IMG/VR virus record: IMGVR_UViG_3300020471_001437
Length of the DNA: 64,000 nucleotides
Origin: an uncultured virus (IMG/VR IMGVR_UViG_3300020471_001437)
Lineage: Duplodnaviria > Heunggongvirae > Uroviricota > Caudoviricetes
Direction: 5' to 3' (one strand)
This document shows positions 27,250 through 36,658 of this stretch, in pieces. How positions within the stretch are numbered: position 1 is the first letter of the stretch; the number at the start of each line of letters is the position of its first letter. The notes beneath the pieces are model-generated. The model did no database searches. It had not been told where the DNA came from and worked only from the letters and a program-made list of their open reading frames with translations. The position numbers and the translations under genes were made by a program.

Positions 27250-27942
27250 ATGCACGTGCGATACATTAGTGACAAGGTGTTGAATTCGTACAAGGCGAAA
27301 GCAAAACAACTTGTATCAACACAGAAGGAACTCGATGCGCTCAAAAAGAGTTCCATCAATCCTAATTTGTATCGGTCTGTAAAGAAATCGCTATCACAAA
27401 CCAAAACCAAACTCGATTTGGCTTCAAAGAAATCGTCAACGTACAGTCGCCTGTATGTTGGCTTGAAAGAAAAGTACTCTGCGGCCGAAGATGTAATGAC
27501 CGGTCTAAGAGATAAGATTACTCGTCAAGAGAAATCTATGAAATACATCAAAGACAGGTCAGAAGCATTCGAAAGAAGTTACCGACAAATGCTCAAACAA
27601 TCGGCAACATCTCGCACAACTATCACCAAGATGAAAATGAATCACCAAAGGCAAATGCTGAACCTGTCGAAAAAACTCGAAGAAGTTCAAGCAGAAGCAG
27701 ATTCCGCCAATCAACAAGTTACAACACTTCTCAAACAGATTGATGAAATCGAAAAGAACGAGAAGATGGCACGCGAAAACAGTCTTACTCAAGCATTGAT
27801 TAACACCCGTGATGTGGTGTTTGACAATACAATTGCCACTAACTTGAGTGGTGTAGGTGAAATAGGAGAAAACACATCGAGAGGCCTTGCCTTCCTTACA
27901 GGATTAGCATTAGTCGGCTTCATGGTTTCAAGGGTGGATTAA
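27250..27942 (+). CDS. Coiled-coil membrane-anchored protein
   Basis: Long coiled coil, LSGVG motif, C-terminal TM. Confidence 0.7.
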   Translation: MHVRYISDKVLNSYKAKAKQLVSTQKELDALKKSSINPNLYRSVKKSLSQTKTKLDLASKKSSTYSRLYVGLKEKYSAAEDVMTGLRDKITRQEKSMKYIKDRSEAFERSYRQMLKQSATSRTTITKMKMNHQRQMLNLSKKLEEVQAEADSANQQVTTLLKQIDEIEKNEKMARENSLTQALINTRDVVFDNTIATNLSGVGEIGENTSRGLAFLTGLALVGFMVSRVD

Positions 27943-27943
27943 C

Positions 27944-29401
27944 ATGATGGAAGGAACAAGACCAATCACTCTACGGATGATGCCGGGAGACAAAGAACGT
28001 ATTGACAGAACAAAGAGAACACTCGAAAGGAACATTGCCAAGTTAGAGAGGCAATTGGCTCATCGAAGGTCAAAGGAAGGTCAAGAAGCGACACGTGCAA
28101 CCATCCTATCACTACGTGCTCGCGTTCACCGTCTCAACGATTACCTTCGCTATGCTCAACCGTCAAAGGTTCAAAGAGTTATGAAACCAATTCCATCATC
28201 TCATGTGCAAAGACATGTACCACCAAAAGGTTCTCAATTGCACAGGAAGCGCATGTCTGACGCAAGAAAGAAGTTGAAGCAAGACACAGCACCACCACCA
28301 CCACCCACAGAAATCAAAGCAGACATCAAACCGGTACCCCCGATAGTCGACGAAAAGTCAGCACAAAAAGCAGTCGAAGTAGCAGAAGCAAACAAGAAAG
28401 CGGTGCACGAAGCGCAAACGGCAAAAGCGGCCGCTGAAAGAAAGGCCCAAGTCAACAACGAGCCAGCAGTGAAAGAGGTACCAAAACCCCCTGCTCTTAC
28501 CCCCAACGAACAGGGACAATTGCGCGATTTACCAAGAATGAAACAACATCTACAAAGAAGACTTGATGTTGTGAATAAAACGGTCAACAAACTAAACATT
28601 CTCGAAGTTCGCATGGATGCCGTTAAATGGAAAAGGTCACGGAGTCGAGCATTGGCAGATAAACTCACAAAAAAGGGCATTTCACTTTCAGTATTACAAC
28701 AAGTAATTCCAACGCGAGAAAAGATGCGAGTGAAGTTTACAACCCCGCGTGGTTCCCGCTACATTTACATACAAAAATTAACTCACCCTGACCTCAAGAA
28801 CATCCCACAGAAAATTGAGTCAATTGACAACCGGTTGAACTTCTTGAAAGCAAAAGAGGCTGGACAAACAGAGCGTGCACGACCCGAAGAGGGACCTGCT
28901 CCTCCAAAGAAAGACGATTCGTTACCAATGGCTACTCTCAACCTTCTGAAAGAATTAGACGCAGAAGCACAGATGTTGCCCAAGGACGATGAGGAAATAC
29001 AAGGCTGGCTTGCAGAAATCAAATCAATCATAATCAAGAATAGGTTGACAAACTTACGCGAAGCCTTCAAGAGACCGGACCTCAATAAGTTAGCAATGCT
29101 AATCGGAAAGAAAATGCAATCAAAACCAAGACAACAACAACTCGGTAGCATATCTGACCCACGCCCCTATGCAATGTCACGGGGCCTTGGTATGCTAACT
29201 ATACACAAACAAAGACACATGCAACGCCTTCACAGACCAAAGATTGAGTCAAACAACATGAACGGTCTGCGTCGTTACACCAACGCCCAATACGCGCGTG
29301 AACAGCGTGAACGCGCCGCGCAAGAGGCTGACAAACAAGTCGCCAATCTTGCCGGGGCCTTTTCACACACTCGCGCTGTAATGGAGCGGTTGGTGAGGTG
29401 A
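27944..29401 (+). CDS. Basic Pro-rich hypothetical protein
   Basis: 485 aa ORF. Confidence 0.7.
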   Translation: MMEGTRPITLRMMPGDKERIDRTKRTLERNIAKLERQLAHRRSKEGQEATRATILSLRARVHRLNDYLRYAQPSKVQRVMKPIPSSHVQRHVPPKGSQLHRKRMSDARKKLKQDTAPPPPPTEIKADIKPVPPIVDEKSAQKAVEVAEANKKAVHEAQTAKAAAERKAQVNNEPAVKEVPKPPALTPNEQGQLRDLPRMKQHLQRRLDVVNKTVNKLNILEVRMDAVKWKRSRSRALADKLTKKGISLSVLQQVIPTREKMRVKFTTPRGSRYIYIQKLTHPDLKNIPQKIESIDNRLNFLKAKEAGQTERARPEEGPAPPKKDDSLPMATLNLLKELDAEAQMLPKDDEEIQGWLAEIKSIIIKNRLTNLREAFKRPDLNKLAMLIGKKMQSKPRQQQLGSISDPRPYAMSRGLGMLTIHKQRHMQRLHRPKIESNNMNGLRRYTNAQYAREQRERAAQEADKQVANLAGAFSHTRAVMERLVR

Positions 29402-29402
29402 A

Positions 29403-32351
29403 ATGCAACCACACATGCAGGCAAAGAAAGTGCGTAAGCACACCCGATTCGGTTCTTTGTCTGCGCAAGCAACGCCTGTTCAATCTCCTGTCCCTGAACT
29501 TGTCAACTTAACAATGAGAGTTAATGGTTCACAACGACCGTACGTAATTTTTTCAGGCGGTCAATGGACACAAAGACCACTTAATTTGAAGGAAGGAATG
29601 CAAGTTACCTTCGAGTACGAAACCAAAGGCAACGCTCTTTGTCACGGTTTTTTGTACGCTACATTCTCCAAAAAGCAATTCCTTGCTCAAGACGCGGGGC
29701 CGACAGGCGTAGTACGCCAATTTCTTTTCGTGCGTCCAATATCTCCTTCCAACAATCGTTCACTAAGTGGCAAGGTTTCTATGACAGTACTTACCGATGC
29801 CCCTAACCTCGTATTCTACCTGACGCCCAAATTACCAATGGACGCACAAGCAGAGTTTCTCAACACACCCAAGGAGAAGCAAATATTGACTGTTCCGGGG
29901 ATGCGCGAACCTTTGTCAGACAATGCGTTTCGTTCACCGTCATTAGGATTTTCTAATGCCGCAATGAAACAACTGCAAGAAATGTACAGCAAATTCCCGT
30001 ACGCGGTTCCGACCGAGGGTAAAAGGTCTGAACACTACAAACTTTGGGACTTCAAAAGAGGTAGTCACAGTTGGAAAGAGGTAGGATATTCAGGAGCACA
30101 AGAGTCGTTAGAGAGTGGTAAAACACTGAACGCACCAAAATGGTTGGTGGGTGGGGACCCTTACGTTGCTGTCAGAGCATCTATCTATCAATGGAGAGAT
30201 GGGCCACAAGAACAATTCGGAGGAGACAACATCAAAGGATGGGACGCCGTTCGATTAAACGCAGAAATACCCGCAGGCGTACCAATGTGTTTAGTTTGGA
30301 AGAGTATCACTCACGATAGAGATAGTGGTATGAGTAGACCGGAATGGCACAACTCTTCAGGGAGTTGGAAGAAAGAAAATGTCTTCTTTGCCCCATATCT
30401 TGAGAAGTTAGTAAACACAGGGAAAAAGGGTTCAATGAAGAAGGTATGGGACGGGTACGGTTCAGACACGGTAATTGATTACATGATTTCTCCCGGCCAA
30501 TCATATGGCGCAGGCAAGGTAATGGACACATCGGATTTCAGAAAAGCAGACGGCAGTCCCTTAGAAGAATATCGCATGACACATGCTTCGTCTGACGAAA
30601 AAGGATACCACCTCGCTGATGCTCGTAATCACGCGTTGAAAGTAGAATGGTGGAATGGAACGAGTTGGACAGAACCACGCGTACACCCACCCAAAGATGT
30701 CACAAGAGAGTCAGGTGCCCTATACCGTAGCGTATTTCGATTGCCTCGTCAACTTAGTGACGGCAATCCCCTGTTGAAAACAAACCCTGAATGGCATATC
30801 GAAAAGACATGGGATTGCTATCCAAGTTTTTCAGTACACGGTTCGGGAAGCGAGCGCACGTTGCGAAGAAAACAAGTAGTACTCGGTAGGAAAAAAGTAG
30901 TAGGTGATGACGGAGTTGCAAGATTCGCACATGTTGATTATAACGGTCAAAAACTAATGGCTGTCGAATCTGTTGATTTCCAAGCCTATTTCATTAACCA
31001 CGACCAAATAATGACAGGCAATTCGTCTAAGTTTGCGGCCGCCGACCCGGTAAATTACGCGTATGTCAATAGTACACAATTCAATAACGTGTATTGGAAA
31101 GAAGGCGAGTTTTCTCCCGGGTGCACATTGATTGTTATTGGCCAAGGACTAAACAAGGCTTGGGACATTGCTATGACTACCAAGAAAAATGACAAGCCAT
31201 CAGACATATACAGTCTAACAAGAAACATGGATAGGTCCACAGAAGGGGGTGCGGGTACTGCACGGGGTGACCTGTTGAACGCGCGTACAGTAATTACAGC
31301 GGACACCCTTCTCGATAACGTTTCCACAGCGAGAGAAACCGAGGTACGTGAAGCATGGAAAGAAGTATTCGGAGTGGAACTAAGTGCGTCTTGGTTTGAC
31401 GTTGTAGGTGCAGGTGGAACTTTACCTGACGGTAGTACACTAAGCCCTCTCAAAAATCAATCACCAAACAACAAACTCAACTATCGTACCTTGCACGATG
31501 GGGTTGAATATGAATTTCCTTACAGTATTGCTATTGTCAAAGTTCCTTCCAATTGGGTTGGACCGGTACTCGATTTCGAAAAAGATGTAGCGGGAGAACC
31601 TCAACTGACAGAGAAGTCTATCAAAAAAGGAACAATGTTGTACATAACTTCCCAAACTGCCTTCGACCAAATATTGGAGCAACCTATCTTACTTGACGAA
31701 GAAATCCAATATCAACTCGACAAACTCGCAGAAGGACTAACTCCCGATGCGGTGCTTGTTGGTAACGACATGGACCACGATTCGGTAGTCAACACTGCCG
31801 CCGTAGTAGACCAAGACAGAATGGATAATTTGGACGATGGTGATGACGGCACAAGCGGTGGATTCGGTATATTTTCAGCATTGTTCAACCTGTTCAAAGG
31901 AAAACGTAAAACCCTTGTCGCAGATAACGCGATACGCAGAAAGACCCTCATTCCTATCGGTAAGACACAACGCATCTCCGGTTTTGGTAGCACCCCAATC
32001 ATGGAAGATGTTACGAAACAATACAGTGCTGACCACGTGTCAGGCCTCGGTGCAATAAGGAATGTACCGACACCAACCACAATCAATTATGATAATTTTT
32101 CAGAAATCGAGGAGGTGTACGCTATGAATGGCAAAGCAACATCCCCTAACCTTGGCTGGTTTGCAGGAGCAACACCGGACAGGCGCGACGTTATTCGCGC
32201 TAATCCGATTGAGCGCAAGCAGTTCGGAAGCATCGGTAGTGCGTCAATGCACTCCCGTGCAACCCGCAGAGGTAATCCGATGGAAGTAACGCTCGTCCAC
32301 GGGGTGAGCCGACCTTTTCGGAAAGGGGACCGCCGTCACCGCATGGGTTGA
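29403..32351 (+). CDS. Large beta-rich putative virion protein
   Basis: 982 aa with GAGGTGA RBS; several Gly motifs near the C-terminus. Confidence 0.7.
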   Translation: MQPHMQAKKVRKHTRFGSLSAQATPVQSPVPELVNLTMRVNGSQRPYVIFSGGQWTQRPLNLKEGMQVTFEYETKGNALCHGFLYATFSKKQFLAQDAGPTGVVRQFLFVRPISPSNNRSLSGKVSMTVLTDAPNLVFYLTPKLPMDAQAEFLNTPKEKQILTVPGMREPLSDNAFRSPSLGFSNAAMKQLQEMYSKFPYAVPTEGKRSEHYKLWDFKRGSHSWKEVGYSGAQESLESGKTLNAPKWLVGGDPYVAVRASIYQWRDGPQEQFGGDNIKGWDAVRLNAEIPAGVPMCLVWKSITHDRDSGMSRPEWHNSSGSWKKENVFFAPYLEKLVNTGKKGSMKKVWDGYGSDTVIDYMISPGQSYGAGKVMDTSDFRKADGSPLEEYRMTHASSDEKGYHLADARNHALKVEWWNGTSWTEPRVHPPKDVTRESGALYRSVFRLPRQLSDGNPLLKTNPEWHIEKTWDCYPSFSVHGSGSERTLRRKQVVLGRKKVVGDDGVARFAHVDYNGQKLMAVESVDFQAYFINHDQIMTGNSSKFAAADPVNYAYVNSTQFNNVYWKEGEFSPGCTLIVIGQGLNKAWDIAMTTKKNDKPSDIYSLTRNMDRSTEGGAGTARGDLLNARTVITADTLLDNVSTARETEVREAWKEVFGVELSASWFDVVGAGGTLPDGSTLSPLKNQSPNNKLNYRTLHDGVEYEFPYSIAIVKVPSNWVGPVLDFEKDVAGEPQLTEKSIKKGTMLYITSQTAFDQILEQPILLDEEIQYQLDKLAEGLTPDAVLVGNDMDHDSVVNTAAVVDQDRMDNLDDGDDGTSGGFGIFSALFNLFKGKRKTLVADNAIRRKTLIPIGKTQRISGFGSTPIMEDVTKQYSADHVSGLGAIRNVPTPTTINYDNFSEIEEVYAMNGKATSPNLGWFAGATPDRRDVIRANPIERKQFGSIGSASMHSRATRRGNPMEVTLVHGVSRPFRKGDRRHRMG

Positions 32352-32650
32352 GCGGTCCCCGATTTAGTGACCTTGGCAAATCGCCAGCCGATTACGCCAA
32401 GGACCTAAGCGACTCACTTGAGGCCTTTTCAGTCGAATCTATTCTCAAAACAACTCTTGTTGTTGCGGGACTTACATTGATTGCACCAATCGCAATTTAT
32501 GGCACTGCAAAGACCGCACCTGCTGTTGTAAAGGGCGCAGGTAAAACAATCAAAGAAGTACCAACATTAGTTGGTAATGTACTACGCTTACCATTCCGGC
32601 TCGGGGGATGGTTCAAGCAAGTCCGTAAGGACATGGAACCGAGCGATTAA
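32348..32650 (+). CDS. Small membrane protein
   Basis: One TM helix; overlaps upstream stop. Confidence 0.55.
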   Translation: MSGPRFSDLGKSPADYAKDLSDSLEAFSVESILKTTLVVAGLTLIAPIAIYGTAKTAPAVVKGAGKTIKEVPTLVGNVLRLPFRLGGWFKQVRKDMEPSD

Positions 32651-32688
32651 CACAAATAGAATACACATACTCGCTTGGAGGGACCGAC

Positions 32689-34164
32689 ATGACGCTGACA
32701 TCAACAACCGTGCAACAAATAGGACAAGAATACGACAGAAAAGTAGAAGATTTGCTCAAGGAAACAGACCTTGCGCGTTACTTGGGAAGCGACATGCTGA
32801 ACCCCGTTCAGATGGAAGTGAACCGCTTCAATCAGTTTTTGGAACAAGCCTTCGCAAGCAAATCAACTTCGATGTCGTCTGTCAACAATGAAATCAACAA
32901 AAGTATGAGTAATTTGAGACAAATTGTCAAAACAATTCAAAAGAACCGATTCGAGTCAGCAAACCTTGGTTCAATTAGTAATCAAATGAACATAATGGAT
33001 TCACCTGCGTGGAGCGCAGTCCTTTCCGATGTTGCTATGAAGATTGATGAAATTGGTTCACAATACGGTCAAGTGATTGTCAATCAACCCGACAAGGTAC
33101 AAATCGACAAAGGAATGGCATCTGCTTTAGAAATGGTTGAGTCGGCATTCACCCTAAACCCATCACCGGGCAGTGCAAACAACACAAGAAACTCGGCAAT
33201 GGGAGTTCTAAACCAAATCGAAACAATGCTCGCGCAACGCAAAGGCACACTTGCCCAAGCATCACTTACAACGCTAATCGCACAAAAAGAAATGGAAATG
33301 TTGAACACCATATCGGTATTGAAGATGCACGAAGCAGACTTATCCAATGGTGAAAAATCAGTTGTTCAGATGCACACACTAAAGGCAACAGAACATCTTG
33401 CAAATATGAAAGGTAACCCATCATCTTACGACAAAGCAATTCTTCGTCAGAATTTGAATTTGTTTGATACTATACTTGCTCCACTTGTACAGATGCGTGA
33501 AAGCGTTCAATACAGGTCTGCACTATCAGGTGGTAACTTTTCATCACCACGTCGCCCATCCCTCAAGACACATGGGTTCGGTTCAATACCGAAAAGAAGG
33601 TATCATGAGAGTCAATCCTCAAGGCCGGTGAACCGTTCACCTTTTCGCGTCGCCCCTAACGTTGCAGGCGTTAGGGGCTTCGGCAGTGTCACAGGAGACA
33701 GTGTCGCGACACAAATGGAAAAGGTAGATGAAACAAACACACCACCTGAAGACATTGATGGGGTTATGGCAGATACTCTTGATTCCAATCTTGAGATTGC
33801 CGCCGCACAAGGGTTCGTATCTCCTGCTGACGAAGCAATTCTTCGCGAGCAATTGTCTCGCTTGAATGTCAGCGCGTTTGGTGGCGACCAAGATTTGTAC
33901 ATGTCGTCAAAAACAGCGATTAAGAATACAATTGACCACTATGCAGAGATTTACTACAACAAGGTAGCATCAGGTGAAATTGATGCAAACTTACCACCAA
34001 ATTACAACAAAGAAACAGGACAGAAATATCCCGAGGGCTTCCGTCCCGTCAACTCATTTGTCTCAAGACTTGGGGTCACTCTTGGAGTGGGCACTGTTGC
34101 CTTTTCCCTATTGAGTCTTGCAATAGCATACAAGATAGCAACAAAGGGAACCACTAAGTCGTGA
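32689..34164 (+). CDS. Helical membrane-anchored putative virion protein
   Basis: GGAGG RBS; C-terminal TM; LSGG and VRGFG motifs. Confidence 0.7.
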   Translation: MTLTSTTVQQIGQEYDRKVEDLLKETDLARYLGSDMLNPVQMEVNRFNQFLEQAFASKSTSMSSVNNEINKSMSNLRQIVKTIQKNRFESANLGSISNQMNIMDSPAWSAVLSDVAMKIDEIGSQYGQVIVNQPDKVQIDKGMASALEMVESAFTLNPSPGSANNTRNSAMGVLNQIETMLAQRKGTLAQASLTTLIAQKEMEMLNTISVLKMHEADLSNGEKSVVQMHTLKATEHLANMKGNPSSYDKAILRQNLNLFDTILAPLVQMRESVQYRSALSGGNFSSPRRPSLKTHGFGSIPKRRYHESQSSRPVNRSPFRVAPNVAGVRGFGSVTGDSVATQMEKVDETNTPPEDIDGVMADTLDSNLEIAAAQGFVSPADEAILREQLSRLNVSAFGGDQDLYMSSKTAIKNTIDHYAEIYYNKVASGEIDANLPPNYNKETGQKYPEGFRPVNSFVSRLGVTLGVGTVAFSLLSLAIAYKIATKGTTKS

Positions 34165-34198
34165 AACGTATTCGGTAGCAATAAGGGGAGTAGATAAA

Positions 34199-36265
34199 AT
34201 GCAAGCAGTCACATTCAAAGACCCGGTCACAAGCGAAGAGTTCTCTTCATCGGACTACGAAGTACGAAGTAATGGGTCCGGCAATATTCTCCGAACAAAA
34301 GCACCTTCAGGTGCAACAGCAGTACGTATGCAAACAAGCGCACTGCAAGGAGATACTTACGCTGATGATGCACCATCAACTCCACAATTTGATAGTGACA
34401 TCAGCCAAGGAGAATTGGTTAACATGGCAGAAGATTACCAAGATAGCATGAGCATAGAAACAAACCCCGCAGGGAGACTAACGAGAGGCGTAGGCCGACT
34501 AACATCGGCTATTGGGGGACTTGGTCCCGGTTCGTGGCAAGCACTACGCTTGCCTTCCGTAGCCTTTGGTGAAAGAAAAGGACTCGTAAGTAGTGTAGCG
34601 AGTTTATTCAAGTCCCTCGGTATCGACAGAGGAACATTCCGTGCAGGTCCTTATGCTAACCTGATTACTGCCCGCATGTGGACTGACTACATCAATAACA
34701 TGGACATGCAAGATGTTGGTGCTGAACTTTCTGCCGAAGTTTCTGCCGAAGAGAAGTTGTCTGTGTTTTCATTCTGTAAAGAATGGGAAAACGACCCCGG
34801 TCATGTCGCATTCACACAAAGACTGTACAACACGCCCGACACCAATTCAGTTGACGAAATTGCAAAAGGCAACATCGTTTATGACTTGATGACGGGCGGT
34901 ATCAACCCCGGACCAAGTGGAGTAAAGGACCCACGAACAGTCAAGCACGACAAGATGTTTCGTCTCGCCGTAGATATACTAAATTCAATGCGACTTGTAG
35001 ATTACAACTTCTACACACTAAACCTCGTACACAGAAACGAAGGAACTCGCCTGTATGACGAGTTTATGGCGAACTATGTTGCACTTGAACCGGATGAAGT
35101 TGAAATCATTCACGAAGTTATGAGAGGAACTGAAAACCACGGTCACTCATACGCAATGCGAACTGTTGATGAGAAAGGCGACCCAATGGGCGCATACGAC
35201 CTCATGGTAAGATTGGGTAACGCATACAACTCCGGAGACACCCGCCTATGTCGTTCAATCCTTGACACCCTCTTCGCATACCCGTACAACTTCGTACCGC
35301 AAGTGGGTTACAAAGGACTGTTCGACGGAACATCTTCACGCTTTATTGGGCAGGAACCTGAACACCTTTGGATTAACAACGGATGGCGTTGGATTCTGCC
35401 AAACGACGCAATCAGGAACGTCAAAGACGCAGGCAAGTCATTCGAAGTCAACGATGGCACTCAATTAATTGAAGTCCTATCATACACATACCCACGTCCA
35501 ATCGGTGTATTCACAAAGATTAGTGGCGGTAAGAACAAGTTCTCATTCATGCCTTGGTCGCAGTTTGAAGCAACCGGAAGACAAGCCGCATCAATGGTTC
35601 CTAAGTCAAGTGGAAGTTTCGACCAACGCATACAAGAAGCAGAAAGCCGAGAGCGAGGTAAAGACAAGCAACAATCACACGGTGGCGGCGGAAAAGGCAA
35701 AGGCAAAGGCCGAAACCAACGCAGAGCCAAAACAAACCCCGCACCGGGACGCAAAGGACGCAAGTCCGGAACACTTTCACTTGGTCGCGGCAAGCAATAT
35801 CATATTGAAATCTTGCCAAAGACACAACTTAAATTGGCCACGAAAGGGGCACCCGGGGTTGACAAGGCTACGGGCAAACCCCGAAGCAAAGGACGTCCGA
35901 CTTTGAAAGGACAAGGTGCTACCGGAGCCGAACGCAAAGCAGGTATCACCGAGGCATTCAACTCATACATGCACTATGGTACAGACAAGAAGACAGGCAA
36001 GAAGGTCCCATTCGTAATCAAAGTACCATCCAACAAATTCAGAGCAGTCAACCTTGAGGTCGAAGGCAAAACCATCAGAACATTGATGCCAATGACAAAG
36101 ACATCAAAAGCACAACAAAATGCTTGGGCTAAGTTCCTAACTGTGTATGGCTACCCTAAGTTGGCAAACACCAAAGGAGACCCTGTAAGATTCAAGATTC
36201 ACAAGCCAACACGCGGTACATTCTATCGTCAATTGGCTAAAGACAGAAAGAAGGTAGGTGCATGA
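34199..36265 (+). CDS. Large hypothetical protein with basic C-terminal module
   Basis: 688 aa; ETNP and KTNP mark composition changes. Confidence 0.7.
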   Translation: MQAVTFKDPVTSEEFSSSDYEVRSNGSGNILRTKAPSGATAVRMQTSALQGDTYADDAPSTPQFDSDISQGELVNMAEDYQDSMSIETNPAGRLTRGVGRLTSAIGGLGPGSWQALRLPSVAFGERKGLVSSVASLFKSLGIDRGTFRAGPYANLITARMWTDYINNMDMQDVGAELSAEVSAEEKLSVFSFCKEWENDPGHVAFTQRLYNTPDTNSVDEIAKGNIVYDLMTGGINPGPSGVKDPRTVKHDKMFRLAVDILNSMRLVDYNFYTLNLVHRNEGTRLYDEFMANYVALEPDEVEIIHEVMRGTENHGHSYAMRTVDEKGDPMGAYDLMVRLGNAYNSGDTRLCRSILDTLFAYPYNFVPQVGYKGLFDGTSSRFIGQEPEHLWINNGWRWILPNDAIRNVKDAGKSFEVNDGTQLIEVLSYTYPRPIGVFTKISGGKNKFSFMPWSQFEATGRQAASMVPKSSGSFDQRIQEAESRERGKDKQQSHGGGGKGKGKGRNQRRAKTNPAPGRKGRKSGTLSLGRGKQYHIEILPKTQLKLATKGAPGVDKATGKPRSKGRPTLKGQGATGAERKAGITEAFNSYMHYGTDKKTGKKVPFVIKVPSNKFRAVNLEVEGKTIRTLMPMTKTSKAQQNAWAKFLTVYGYPKLANTKGDPVRFKIHKPTRGTFYRQLAKDRKKVGA

Positions 36266-36269
36266 TGGC

Positions 36270-36647
36270 ATGGCGAACGAACTAACTAAAAAAATCAAAG
36301 AAACAAGTGCATACGACCTCATGCTTACAGGAGTATTCATGGGCGCATTTGCGGCCATTTCCGGGGCAGGTTATTGGGTCGACAAGAACGTATTGGGTAA
36401 GAGATTGGGTATGAAGTCCAAGACTAACAAGGACACACTTCTACGGGGTGCGTTGGTCGGTGGATTGCTATCATTGCCATTGGCATACTACTCGTCAACA
36501 TCAGTACTTGATGGTGCAGGACTTGGTGCCGCATTCATCAATCCATCACTGAAAGGCGAGTTACCTCCGGCACCGAAAGATTACATCTATTCGTCGGTTG
36601 AAGGAGAGCAACCGTATCTCATCCTTGACCCAAAGTATGGTCTATGA
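36270..36647 (+). CDS. Two-TM membrane protein
   Basis: Two hydrophobic segments; LDGAGLG motif. Confidence 0.65.
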   Translation: MANELTKKIKETSAYDLMLTGVFMGAFAAISGAGYWVDKNVLGKRLGMKSKTNKDTLLRGALVGGLLSLPLAYYSSTSVLDGAGLGAAFINPSLKGELPPAPKDYIYSSVEGEQPYLILDPKYGL

Positions 36648-36658
36648 GGTGAGAAAGA

